Positions 18,228 to 27,635 are shown, counted from the first letter of the stretch. The stretch is 64,000 nucleotides of DNA from Dehalococcoidia bacterium (GCA_040882565.1 JBBEAZ010000030.1:3447-67446); one strand, 5' to 3'. Made by a program: numbers and translations. The notes: a model not told the origin generated them from the letters alone.

Positions 18228-19358
18228 TTACTCGATGATTACGCGGAGCACGCGTCCGTCGTGTGACCACGTGCTGGCCTCGCGCCGGCCGACGTCATCC
18301 GGCAACGGGAAGAAGCGGCGGCGGCCGTTGAGCTGGACGATGATCCCGTCGTCGGCTTGTTCCAGCGTCAGTTCCTCGCGGCTCGCAAACGGGACGACGA
18401 CCTGAAGCACGAAATTGCTGCCTTCCCGCGAGAACTCATGCGGCTCGCCGCTGGTAAGGAAACCGGCTGGATCGGCGTCACCGTAGACCTCTCGAGCAAC
18501 GTCCAATAGCTGCTCCTCGCCGGTTGGTGGCTCGGCGCGAAGGGCTGATGTGAGAATCTCTGCGCCTGTTGAAGCCCTGATCTGCTCGAGGACACCGGCT
18601 TCACGCTTGTGAGTAGGCGCGAAGAAGGGATCTGTGACCGCGTCCGGGAGCAGGCGGGTGACAATCACGGCGTCCTTCAGGTAGCCGAATAGGCTGAACA
18701 CGCCCGATGCCTCCTGTAGCAGCGCTGGAGCGCTGTCGTCCGGCCCCATGACCAGGCGGACGGAGGCGGTTTCATGGTCGGTGAGCAGGTTGCGCAGGTT
18801 GGCCAGTCGCGTCAGGATCTCGCGGCCGGTATCGAAGACCTCCTCGCCGGCGTTGGCGTAGTCGGCGGCGAAGGCGCGGACGAACGGCTCGAAGACGCTC
18901 TGCGGCCGGGGCGCAAAGAGGCGCTCAAGCCAGCGCGCGGCGGACTCGAGTGCGGCGGGCAAGTCGAGGAACATCTCGAGCGGGGTGCCGTCGAGGACGA
19001 CGACGTCGTATCGGTCGGAGGCGACAAGCGCCTGGAGGTCCAGCAGGCGGCCGATGTGGTTGATGCCCGGGAGCGAGGAGAAGTCGTCGGCCAGCTCCGG
19101 GTCCATGTTGCGGAAGTCGAGGAGGTCGGCGAGCCACTCGCGGAACTCGTCATCTTCCGCAGCGCCCTGCGAGACGTCCAGATTCTCACCGACGGCCTCG
19201 ACGGCTGCCGAGACGTGCTTGTCCAGGGCTGGGCCGAGACCGGAGCCAAGGCTGAAGGCTAGCGTTCGACGGCCGGCACGCGCAGTCGCGACTGCCGTGG
19301 CCGCTGCGAGGGTGCTGACGCCGCTGCCGCCGCGCCCGGAGAAGAGGATGATACGCAT
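18228..19358 (-). CDS. ArsA/Get3-family protein with C-terminal HSP20-like domain; ATPase motifs degenerate
   Basis: MRIILFSGRGGSGVST, RYDVVVLDGTP, VRLVM, C-terminal beta domain (ELTLEQ...IVQLNGRRR). Confidence 0.8.
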   Translation of the reverse strand: MRIILFSGRGGSGVSTLAAATAVATARAGRRTLAFSLGSGLGPALDKHVSAAVEAVGENLDVSQGAAEDDEFREWLADLLDFRNMDPELADDFSSLPGINHIGRLLDLQALVASDRYDVVVLDGTPLEMFLDLPAALESAARWLERLFAPRPQSVFEPFVRAFAADYANAGEEVFDTGREILTRLANLRNLLTDHETASVRLVMGPDDSAPALLQEASGVFSLFGYLKDAVIVTRLLPDAVTDPFFAPTHKREAGVLEQIRASTGAEILTSALRAEPPTGEEQLLDVAREVYGDADPAGFLTSGEPHEFSREGSNFVLQVVVPFASREELTLEQADDGIIVQLNGRRRFFPLPDDVGRREASTWSHDGRVLRVIIE

Positions 19359-19433
19359 GGGAAGCGGAACGATGATAGCACGCAGCGTGCGGCGATTGAC
19401 TCCGCCGAGGCGCGCGCCTAAGATGCTGACGCG

Positions 19434-19904
19434 ATGCCCGTAGACAGCGAAACGGTACTGGTCGGCGCCGAAGCGCCAGACTTCACGCTCGAGGCGATCG
19501 ACGGGACGAAGGTCTCGCTCTCATCGTATCGGGGGCGGCCGGTTGTCCTTGTTTTCCTGCGCGGCTTCCGGTGACCATTCTGCCGTAAGCATCTCTCGCA
19601 GTTGCGAGACAGGTACTCGGAGTTCCAAGAGCGGAACGCGGAAGTGATAGCGATCGCGCCGGACACGCTGGAGGAAGCGCGCGCTTTTTTCGAACGCGAG
19701 CAGATCCCGTTTCCGTGCCTGCCCGACCAGAAGCGCGACGTGTACCGCATGTACGACGTGAAGAGCGCGATGATCTCGCTGGGCCAGCGGCCGGGGCTGT
19801 TCATCGTCGACAAGGACGGGATCGTGCGCTACGCCCACCTCGGGTTCCAGCAGTGGGAGATCCCGACGGTGGATGAGACGCTGAAGCAGCTCGACGCGCT
19901 GTAG
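19434..19904 (+). CDS. AhpC/TSA peroxiredoxin-like selenoprotein (UxxC; UGA at 19572)
   Basis: APDFTL...[26 protein letters not shown] in frame with [13 protein letters not shown]; SECIS-like hairpin downstream. Confidence 0.85.
19594..19609 (+). promoter_or_regulatory. Putative bacterial SECIS apical stem-loop
   Basis: TCTCGC-AGTT-GCGAGA hairpin beginning ~20 nt after the UGA, G in loop. Confidence 0.6.
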
Positions 19905-19951
19905 TCCCCGCCAGCGGCACGGCTCCGAGGGACGCCTATGGCCCCCGGCTA

Positions 19952-20956
19952 CTACTCCTGCAGCGCTGCTACCATCTGGGGAATTGTCTTCAGCTCCTGG
20001 CGGCGGCGGAGGAGGAAGTGGTCGGAGTCGTACTCCTCGTAGATGTGGTCGATGTTGTGCTCTTCTAGTTTGGCGTGGAGTTGCCGGGAGCCGAGGTAGA
20101 GGTGGAACTGGTCCCTCGTGCCGCAGTCCACGAAGCGGTAGTGCAGCTTGCGGAGGTTGTCGGCGTAGGGCTCGACCATGTGGACAGGGTCGTGGGGGAG
20201 GAATTTGGCCCAGACCTCCGGGATGAGCTTGCCGGTTCGGACGTCGAAGGGTAGTTCGAAGCCCCGTGGCGCCTCAGGGTTGGGGGCGTAACAGGCGGAC
20301 ATCGCGACCATGTTCAGGATGACGTTGAAGGCGTTGTCTTTCGGCTGGTCGTCGTCGATCTGCTTGATGAACCTGGCGACGTCGTAGTCGTACTTGGCCA
20401 TGCCCTGGACGACGGCCGGCACGTCGCCAAGTATGCAGTGCTCGAAGGCGCTGTCGCCCGAGTGGTCGGCGAAGGCTTGGAAGACGTCCGGGTATAGTGC
20501 GGCGAGGGTGAACGAACCGATACCACCGCTCGAGCCACCGATGCAGCCGCGCAGCCCGTTCGTGCGGTAGCGGGAATCGATGAGCGGCACGAGTTCCTGC
20601 ACGATGTAGTCCTGGTAGCGGCCGATGGCGGTGGAGTTGACGTATTGGCTGCCGCCGAGGCTGGTGATGCAGTCCGGGAAGACGTAGATGACGCCGGGCA
20701 TGCCGCCCTCGATGAGGTCATCGAGGTCGGAGTCGAACCCGGGGTTGAGGAAGCGGCGGTTCAGGTACATGATGCCGCCACCGGTGAAGCCCATGAGTCC
20801 GAAGATGACCGGGTACCGCTTATCGGGCGAGTCTTCGTAGCCCGGCGGGAGGTAGACAGGGAAGTGGCGGATGTGGGGGTCGCCGAGCGGGTTGCCCTTC
20901 AGGACTTCGCTCTCGTGGGTGATGTACGTGATGTTGGGGGAAATGGGTCTAAGCAT
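19952..20956 (-). CDS. Alpha/beta-hydrolase (Fes/esterase-like)
   Basis: VYLPPGY, GGSQYVNS, GGSSGG nucleophile, VDCGTRDQF, YDSDH. Confidence 0.85.
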   Translation of the reverse strand: MLRPISPNITYITHESEVLKGNPLGDPHIRHFPVYLPPGYEDSPDKRYPVIFGLMGFTGGGIMYLNRRFLNPGFDSDLDDLIEGGMPGVIYVFPDCITSLGGSQYVNSTAIGRYQDYIVQELVPLIDSRYRTNGLRGCIGGSSGGIGSFTLAALYPDVFQAFADHSGDSAFEHCILGDVPAVVQGMAKYDYDVARFIKQIDDDQPKDNAFNVILNMVAMSACYAPNPEAPRGFELPFDVRTGKLIPEVWAKFLPHDPVHMVEPYADNLRKLHYRFVDCGTRDQFHLYLGSRQLHAKLEEHNIDHIYEEYDSDHFLLRRRQELKTIPQMVAALQE

Positions 20957-21033
20957 GCCAACCTCCAATCAATTGCGGGACAACGGGTATACTAACGCGT
21001 GGCCCACCACATCGCCCTCAGAAGGAGCCCAGG

Positions 21034-21844
21034 AATGACGACGACAACCCGTGTGATTGACTTGCCGTGGACGCGCCCGCGCGTTGCAGTCCTCGAGATA
21101 TCCGGCGCCATCGGCGCGCAGGTGAAGGGCCAGCAGATGGTGCGCACGATCCGCGCTCTGACCAACGACAGCCGGGTTAAGGCCGTCGTCGTGGAGATCG
21201 ACTCGCCCGGCGGGTCAGCGTCGGCCTCTGACGCGATCTTTCGGCAGATGCGAAAACTCTCGAAAAAGAAGCCGACGGTGGCGTTCGTCGCCGGCGCCGG
21301 CCTCTCAGGCGGCTACCTGATCGCCTGTGGCACGCGACACATCATCGCGATGCCTACCTCGCTGGTCGGCTCGATCGGCGTGATATTCACGCGGCCCGTC
21401 GTCGAGGAGTTGCTGGCGAAGCTGGGTATACGAATGGAGATGACGCACGAAGGCCGGCTCAAGGGGATGTTCCAGCCCTGGCGCGAGCCTACGCCTGAGG
21501 AGCAGCAGAAGGTGCAGGCGCTTACGGACGAGCTATACGAATGGTTCGTCAGCTCTGTGGCGACTGCCCGCAACCTCGATGTCGAGAAGGTGCGGGAGTA
21601 CGCGACGGGCGAGATGTACTCGGGCGCCAAAGGCAAGGAGATCGGCTTGGTTGACGAGCTAGGCGACTTCGACGATGCGCTCAAGAAGGCGCGCGAGATG
21701 GCTGGCCTGGCTGAGAAGCCACGGCTGCAGTACGTTCGTCCCCGGGTGCAACTTTTGGACCGCGTGATGGGACGCGGCGCGTCGGCGGGGGACATCGCGG
21801 CAGAGATCGAAGCGCGGATGGTGCCGCGGATTGAGTTTCGCTAG
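21034..21844 (+). CDS. sppA: Signal peptide peptidase SppA (S49), soluble short form
   Basis: IDSPGGS, SGGYLIA, VGSIGV, GLVDELG. Confidence 0.88.
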
Positions 21845-21847
21845 CGG

Positions 21848-22297
21848 CTAGACGAACTCGGTCTCGACCTGAGAGGAGACGTCGAAGAAATGCTGGAACG
21901 ACTGGTTGAAGCGGTAAAAGAGGTCGCGGCGGTAGCCGTCGTTGGAGCGGGCGAGGCCATCCGGGTCTTCGATGTCGAGAGTGTTTAGCGTGTGGTGGAG
22001 GTCGGCGCGGCCGTTCTCGCGGATGTTCTGGATCATCTCTTTCCACTTGGCGTAGGTCTGCTGCATCCAGAAGTCTGTGTTCTCGGCCTCGTTCTCGTCG
22101 ACTTCCTTGACGTCGTCTAGCTCGAAGGCTTCAAACGTGAGTTTGTAGTACTTCTGCACGTCCGGGACCTTGATGCCGACGGTGGCATCGCAGGTGCCGT
22201 GGCGCTTGTAGGCCTCGTCGTTGTTGATGATCTGCTTGATGGCGTTGAACCACTCGACGGATGGGAACGTGGCCTTGGTCGTGACTTCCTGTGTCAT
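21848..22297 (-). CDS. Conserved hypothetical, SCP2-like protein
   Basis: FPSVEWF N-terminal motif typical of SCP2-like folds; RBS AGGAG; directly downstream of the ferritin-like gene. Confidence 0.7.
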   Translation of the reverse strand: MTQEVTTKATFPSVEWFNAIKQIINNDEAYKRHGTCDATVGIKVPDVQKYYKLTFEAFELDDVKEVDENEAENTDFWMQQTYAKWKEMIQNIRENGRADLHHTLNTLDIEDPDGLARSNDGYRRDLFYRFNQSFQHFFDVSSQVETEFV

Positions 22298-22328
22298 TGG
22301 GCGTCTCCTTGCTGTTGATGCGAATCCG

Positions 22329-23774
22329 TCAGGCGGCGGCCGTCGCCTCTTCGGTTTCCGGTTGGGGCAGATATTGCTTGATGCTGTGGTGCACTTTCTC
22401 GCGGCGCTCTCCGAGACCGGCCGCCGCCAGCTGCTCGATGTAGTCGTTGGCCCAACGGACCTTGAAGTAGCGCAGCTTCTGGGCGCCATCGGCCAGTTGA
22501 CCGGGTTCGATGCCTCCGCCGAGGAGAATGAGCAGGGCCTCGTGAAGCGGCGTGTCCCGCTGCCATTCGTAGTCCAGGAGGACTTCGTACTTGTTGAGCA
22601 CGTGGTTCATCTCTTCGCGGCGGCCGAGGTTGCGCGTGAGGAAGTACTTGAGGTGCTGCGAGCCGTAAGCGCGCTGCCTTGCCACATCCTGGATGCAATA
22701 CGCGAAGATCGTGCGCTCGGCGTCGTTGTGGGACGTGTAGTAGCCGATCTGGAAGAGCATCATCAACTGGCTCGAGGTGAGGATGTGGAGCGCGGCCGAG
22801 ACTTCCGTCCAGGCACGGCCGTCGATCAGGGTGCGGTGGAAGTAGCCCGGCGCCTGGACGCCGAGGCCCCCGCCGTTGGAGAGCGCGCGCTTGCGGAAGA
22901 CCTCGAACCAGCGGGCGGCATCAAATTCAGCGGTGGAAAGGTAGAGCTTGACCTCGTGATAGCCGTAAGACATCTCGGGGAGCCAGCGACCGACGATGTC
23001 GCCGGTGACGAGGGCTCGTTCGCTGATGTGCGTGCAGAGCTGGCAGACGGCCTTCTCGACAGCGTTCGGAAGGTCCTCCATGGTCAGCCAGGGGACGTCC
23101 GAAGATGGGCGCCAGCGGCGCTGGATCGCCTCCTCGTAGAGGTCGCCGGCGTTTTCGGACCAGAGCTCAGACTTGTTGAAGATCGAGTAGCCCATCGAGG
23201 GGACGCCGGGGATCGGGTAAGCGCCGCGAGGCATCTCGGTGTGGTAAGGCCAATAGTCGGGGATATCGGAGTAGGAGCCGACGTTGAGCATGTCGATGGT
23301 GAGGCCGCGCTTGCCCGGCTTGACGCGGACGCCCCACTCGGTGGGGACCTTCATCCAGGAGAGGTCCAGCTGCGGAGCGCCGCCCTCGCCGGAACGCATG
23401 GCTTCCTGCTGGGCGATGAACCCTTCGGCCTGCGCAGGGGTGATCCCGGCCTGGATCTGGTTCATGAGCATCGCCGTCGGGGCGCCGAGCGCGAGGGCAC
23501 GCTTGATGAGGTCGTCCGGGTAGTTGTGGGCACGCGAGATCTCCAGCAGTTCCGGCGGGATCGTGATCTCGCCGCCGGCGCGGATCTTCTCCTGCTCGGA
23601 GATGAACACCTCGGCGGCTTCAGGGGTCACGCCTGGCATACTCAATTGCTGGGTTACGGCCGCCGGGGGAAAGCCGAGGGCGAGCGCGCGGCGGACGAGG
23701 TCGAGTGGAATCTTGTTATCTTCGGCGACCTTGAGCAGGTCGACCGGTATGTCGATGGCGGTAGCATCTGACAT
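22329..23774 (-). CDS. Ferritin-like (di-iron fold) protein with degenerate ligands and duplicated N-terminal module
   Basis: LYEEAIQRRW, FDAARWFEVFRKRA, QDVARQRAYG; two ~60-aa N-terminal repeats; RBS AAGGAG. Confidence 0.75.
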   Translation of the reverse strand: MSDATAIDIPVDLLKVAEDNKIPLDLVRRALALGFPPAAVTQQLSMPGVTPEAAEVFISEQEKIRAGGEITIPPELLEISRAHNYPDDLIKRALALGAPTAMLMNQIQAGITPAQAEGFIAQQEAMRSGEGGAPQLDLSWMKVPTEWGVRVKPGKRGLTIDMLNVGSYSDIPDYWPYHTEMPRGAYPIPGVPSMGYSIFNKSELWSENAGDLYEEAIQRRWRPSSDVPWLTMEDLPNAVEKAVCQLCTHISERALVTGDIVGRWLPEMSYGYHEVKLYLSTAEFDAARWFEVFRKRALSNGGGLGVQAPGYFHRTLIDGRAWTEVSAALHILTSSQLMMLFQIGYYTSHNDAERTIFAYCIQDVARQRAYGSQHLKYFLTRNLGRREEMNHVLNKYEVLLDYEWQRDTPLHEALLILLGGGIEPGQLADGAQKLRYFKVRWANDYIEQLAAAGLGERREKVHHSIKQYLPQPETEEATAAA

Positions 23775-23909
23775 GGGCGGCTCCTTCTGGTTCGTGGGAC
23801 TCCGGCGGGCTGCCAGAGCACTGCCATTTAGCCATAACGCCAGATGCGCGTCAAGGGGAATTCTAGTGCGCGCTAAGGGAGTGTGATTGCTGTCACGCGC
23901 GCCGCTGCG

Positions 23910-24623
23910 TTAGTACATCCCGGCGCGGCCGCGGCGCGGTTGGGAGTAGGGACGCTTAGGCACGAGCGGGCGCAAGAGGAACATGATCCCGAAGCCGGTG
24001 ATGAACCCGCCGACATGTGCCCAAACGGCGACGCCTTCGGAGACTTCAGACGTCCCGATGGATGCGAAGCCGGCAAAGAGTTGCATCGCGAACCAGAGAA
24101 CGATGAGAACGAAGGCGGGTGCGGGGAACGGGATGAAGAAGAAAAACGGTAGGAGCACAGCGACCGTCGCCCTGGGGTAGAGCACGAGGTAAGCGCCGAG
24201 GACGCCGGCGATCGCACCGCTGGCGCCGATCATCGGCACGCCGGAACTTGTGTCTGTGGCAACCTGGAGCGCGGCGGCTCCGGCAGCGCAGGCGAAGTAG
24301 AACAGCACGTAGCCGATGTGGCCGAGCGCATCCTCCACGTTGTCGCCGAAGACCCAAAGGAAGAGCATGTTGCCGGCGAGATGCAGCCAGCCGCCGTGGA
24401 TGAAGGCAGCCGTGGCGATTGTCGCCGGTTCCTCGAGGCCGCTCGGGTCACGCACCCACAGATCGATGTCGCGAGGAACGATGCCCCAGTCCAGGAAGAA
24501 CGAGTTGACGTCGACGGTGGATAGCGTGAGTTCGTAGATGAAGACGGCGACGCTGATCGCCATGAAGGCGACGTTGATGTAGGGGGTTCGGCGCGCCCGT
24601 ACGGAGTCGAGGACGGGGATCAT
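23910..24623 (-). CDS. Rhomboid intramembrane serine protease
   Basis: HGGWLHLAGNM, FGDNVED, GASG, AHVGGF. Confidence 0.95.
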   Translation of the reverse strand: MIPVLDSVRARRTPYINVAFMAISVAVFIYELTLSTVDVNSFFLDWGIVPRDIDLWVRDPSGLEEPATIATAAFIHGGWLHLAGNMLFLWVFGDNVEDALGHIGYVLFYFACAAGAAALQVATDTSSGVPMIGASGAIAGVLGAYLVLYPRATVAVLLPFFFFIPFPAPAFVLIVLWFAMQLFAGFASIGTSEVSEGVAVWAHVGGFITGFGIMFLLRPLVPKRPYSQPRRGRAGMY

Positions 24624-24739
24624 GCGGACTCAGTTTAGCGCAGGGCCCTCGAGCCCTTGCCCTCCTCCACTCCGTATGGCAGGGGAGCGCGTCATGGGGG
24701 CATGTAATTCCACGCTGCGTCTGCTAACCTGCCTTCGCG

Positions 24740-26218
24740 ATGACACAGAGGGGCAGTCCACGGCATCCCGACCTCCTGACTTCGCGTGAAGCGCAGGTGC
24801 TCGATCTCATCCGTGAGGGCAGCACCAACCCGCAGATCGCTGAGCATCTCGACATCAGTGTGGAGACCGTGAAGCAGCATGTGTCGCAGGTGCTAGCCAA
24901 GCTGGGTGTGACGACCCGTGAGGAGGCCGCGGCGTGGCAACCGGAACAGGAGCATCGATGGTGGAGCACGCCTCGTGCCGCGTTCGCGCTTGGAGGGTCA
25001 GCCATCGTCGTCGCGGCCTTGATTGGTCTGACCATCTTGGCTTGGGATGCGTTGGAGAGCGAGGACAACGCCGCGCTTCCGGACGGCCCGCCGCTTGTGG
25101 AACCGGAAAACGCAACTGTCGAGGATGTCTATGCCGCTCTGAGCGAGTACCTCGCCAGTCAGCAGGATGTCCTGCACATGACCGTGGAGGGATTCTATGA
25201 GGCCGACTTCCGATTTGACTACCGTGTTGAAGCGTGGGTATTTCCTAAAGCTGAAGCGATGCGAAGCGAAGGAGTTGCGGAGACGTCGGGCGATCAAGAT
25301 GGGGATGCTACGGAGGAGACCACGCGAGCTGTAATCACTGGCGGACTGCGCTACGTCGACTCGGACAACCTACCGAATCCTGTCGAGGCCAACATGTGCC
25401 ACGGTGGCAGCGTTCTGGCGTCTGAGATCTTGCTTTGTTTCGGCCCGGTGGCAGATTCGACAGAGACCTTCGGTGTGGAGGAGGGGGAGTACCAGGATCA
25501 GCCATCTATCGTGCTGATGAGCAGCGGAACTTCACGAAACGACTCGGGAGATACCGTTGGCACCACGCGGCTGCATCTAAGTCCCTCCACTCTTCTGCCG
25601 ATGGCACGGGAGTCATCCGGAACGTTCGATAACAACGAAGCGGTCTTTCCGTTGTCAAGCGAGATTACCTGGGAGTATGACTGGGTCGAACGGGACTCGC
25701 TTCCCGCTGATTTCTTCGAGCCAGAGGCGATCGGCTACGTTGAGACGGTGCGCAATCCTGAGGAGGGCATCAATAGCCTGGATCCGAGCCTTCCGGTCTA
25801 TTGGCTGGGCAAGCAGTACGAGGCTGGAGGCGGACTACCCTTGCTTCAGTTGATCAATTCGTATGCTCCATCACCACCCAGTGCCATTCCGTATCGTCTC
25901 GATCTCACGTATGGCAATCCGGGCGTCAACTCCACACCAACCCTTTCCATGCAGGAGTCCTCCCCCAGCCAATTGGAGATGGTTTCAGGCACCGTCCCCT
26001 GCTCGAACCGCCTTTCCGAGGAAGTGGCAGCTGATCGAATCATCGAGATTTATGAGTGTTCGGACGGCCCAAACGACAAGATCGAAGCGAAGGTGCTGTT
26101 CGGAGATACGATCGTGCTGGTCTCGCCGTTATTCGTCGGAGATTCGGCCGAAGGCAATCCCTTTTCGACGATTGAGACAATGCGCCAGATTGCACTTGAC
26201 CTGGAGTTGCGCGAGTAG
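24740..26218 (+). CDS. LuxR-type HTH + single TM + large acidic extracytoplasmic domain
   Basis: LTSREAQVLDLIREGSTNPQIAEHLDISVETVKQHVSQVLAKLG, TM ~80-102, ~390-aa C-terminal domain. Confidence 0.8.
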   Translation: MTQRGSPRHPDLLTSREAQVLDLIREGSTNPQIAEHLDISVETVKQHVSQVLAKLGVTTREEAAAWQPEQEHRWWSTPRAAFALGGSAIVVAALIGLTILAWDALESEDNAALPDGPPLVEPENATVEDVYAALSEYLASQQDVLHMTVEGFYEADFRFDYRVEAWVFPKAEAMRSEGVAETSGDQDGDATEETTRAVITGGLRYVDSDNLPNPVEANMCHGGSVLASEILLCFGPVADSTETFGVEEGEYQDQPSIVLMSSGTSRNDSGDTVGTTRLHLSPSTLLPMARESSGTFDNNEAVFPLSSEITWEYDWVERDSLPADFFEPEAIGYVETVRNPEEGINSLDPSLPVYWLGKQYEAGGGLPLLQLINSYAPSPPSAIPYRLDLTYGNPGVNSTPTLSMQESSPSQLEMVSGTVPCSNRLSEEVAADRIIEIYECSDGPNDKIEAKVLFGDTIVLVSPLFVGDSAEGNPFSTIETMRQIALDLELRE

Positions 26219-26220
26219 GC

Positions 26221-26796
26221 TCACCCCTTGCGCCACTCCGTCTCCGGTTTGCGGGCTGCCTTGCTCACGTAGCGGGCGAGGACGAAAAGTAGGTCGGAGA
26301 GGCGGTTGAGATACGCGATCACCGCCGGGTTCACGCTTTCCTTGCGCGCCAGCGTGATCGCGCTGCGCTCGGCGCGGCGGCAGATCGTGCGGCAGAGGTG
26401 GAGCATGGCGCCGGCCGGCGAGCCGCCGGGGAGGATGAACGTGCGGAGTGGCGGAACTTTGGCGTCGTACTCATCCGTCAGTTTCTCGAGGACCGCGATC
26501 TTTTTGTCGGCATCGGTGAAGAGGGCTGCGAACTTCGCGGACTTGCCGCCCTCGCTGGCCAGTTCCGAGCCGATGTTGAAGAGTTCGTTCTGGATGTCGC
26601 GAAGGACCGTCACCAGGCGTGCCTGTCTTACCGATACGATGGCCACGCCGAGCGCGGAGTTCAGCTCGTCGACGGCGCCGTAGGCCTCGACGCGCAGATG
26701 GTCTTTGGAGACACGCTTGCCGCCGAACAGCGCCGTCGTGCCCGCGTCGCCGGAGCGCGTGTAGAGCATGCTTTTGCGGGGCTGTTTCGCGGGCAT
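26221..26796 (-). CDS. ATP:cob(I)alamin adenosyltransferase (PduO-type)
   Basis: YTRSGDAGTT, YGAVDELNS, RTICRRAER, YLNRLSDLLF. Confidence 0.93.
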   Translation of the reverse strand: MPAKQPRKSMLYTRSGDAGTTALFGGKRVSKDHLRVEAYGAVDELNSALGVAIVSVRQARLVTVLRDIQNELFNIGSELASEGGKSAKFAALFTDADKKIAVLEKLTDEYDAKVPPLRTFILPGGSPAGAMLHLCRTICRRAERSAITLARKESVNPAVIAYLNRLSDLLFVLARYVSKAARKPETEWRKG

Positions 26797-26810
26797 CGTC
26801 TCCGCAAAGT

Positions 26811-27635
26811 CTATCGTTCGCCGTTCGAGGGCGCTACTATCGGCCGGCCGGTTTCGGGGTGCGGGAGGACCACCACAGGCGCGCCGTACACTTCGCACAG
26901 GAGTTCGGGCTGCAGGACGGTCGCTGGCGCGCCCTCGGCGACCACGCGCCCCGACTGCAGGACGACGAGACGGTCGCAGTAGTGCGCGGCGAGCGTGAGG
27001 TCATGCACGACGGCGAGGACGGCCTTGCCGTCGCGGCGGGCGAAGGTGCGCATGAGGTCGAGGACTGTGCCCTGGTGGCCGATGTCGAGGTGCGCGGTCG
27101 GCTCGTCGAGCAAGAGGACGGGGGTTTCCTGGGCGAGGGCGCGGGCGACGATGACCCGCTGGCGTTCGCCGCCTGACAGCTCGCCGACGGGCCGGTCTGC
27201 GAGGGCCCAGGTCTCGGTGGCGAGCATGGCGCGGCGGGCGATCTCGACGTCGGCGGGCCCTTCTTGCTGGAGGAGCCGCAGGTGGGGCGTCCGGCCCATG
27301 AGCACGCAATCGAGCGCGGTAAAGGTGCCCGGCAGCTGCGGGTCCTGGGGGACGACGCCGATCAGACGCGCGATCTCCGGCTGGCGCATCGTCACGACGT
27401 CGCGACCGGAAAGCCGTACAGTGCCGGAGGACGGCCGCAGAGCGCCGGTAAGCACACGGATCAGTGTCGTCTTGCCGGAGCCGTTGGGGCCAACTAAGCC
27501 GAGGAGTTCACCCGGACGTAGCGCAAGGTCGACGCCCCTGAGCGCGACGATATCGCGGCCGGCTGAGGCATAGGCAGCGGTCACGCCCGCTGCCTCGAGA
27601 ACGGCGTCAGGCATGGGCAGCGGCGAGGTGGCCAT
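26811..27635 (-). CDS. Cobalamin ABC transporter ATPase (BtuD/FepC-like)
   Basis: GPNGSGKT, LSGGERQR, LLLDEPTAHLD, HDL. Confidence 0.92.
   Translation of the reverse strand: MATSPLPMPDAVLEAAGVTAAYASAGRDIVALRGVDLALRPGELLGLVGPNGSGKTTLIRVLTGALRPSSGTVRLSGRDVVTMRQPEIARLIGVVPQDPQLPGTFTALDCVLMGRTPHLRLLQQEGPADVEIARRAMLATETWALADRPVGELSGGERQRVIVARALAQETPVLLLDEPTAHLDIGHQGTVLDLMRTFARRDGKAVLAVVHDLTLAAHYCDRLVVLQSGRVVAEGAPATVLQPELLCEVYGAPVVVLPHPETGRPIVAPSNGER

Noticed and set aside
19602-19904. 100-aa ORF as a complete gene or nonsense pseudogene
   Set aside because: It lacks the redox motif; the UGA position and SECIS-like hairpin favour Sec readthrough from 19434.
22221-23771. Long antisense or overlapping ORFs (e.g. 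22221-23771 +, 53004-54419 +, 7605-9116 -, 6461-7789 +)
   Set aside because: Shadow frames of real genes in high-GC DNA; no motifs, Arg/Pro-rich or antisense composition.
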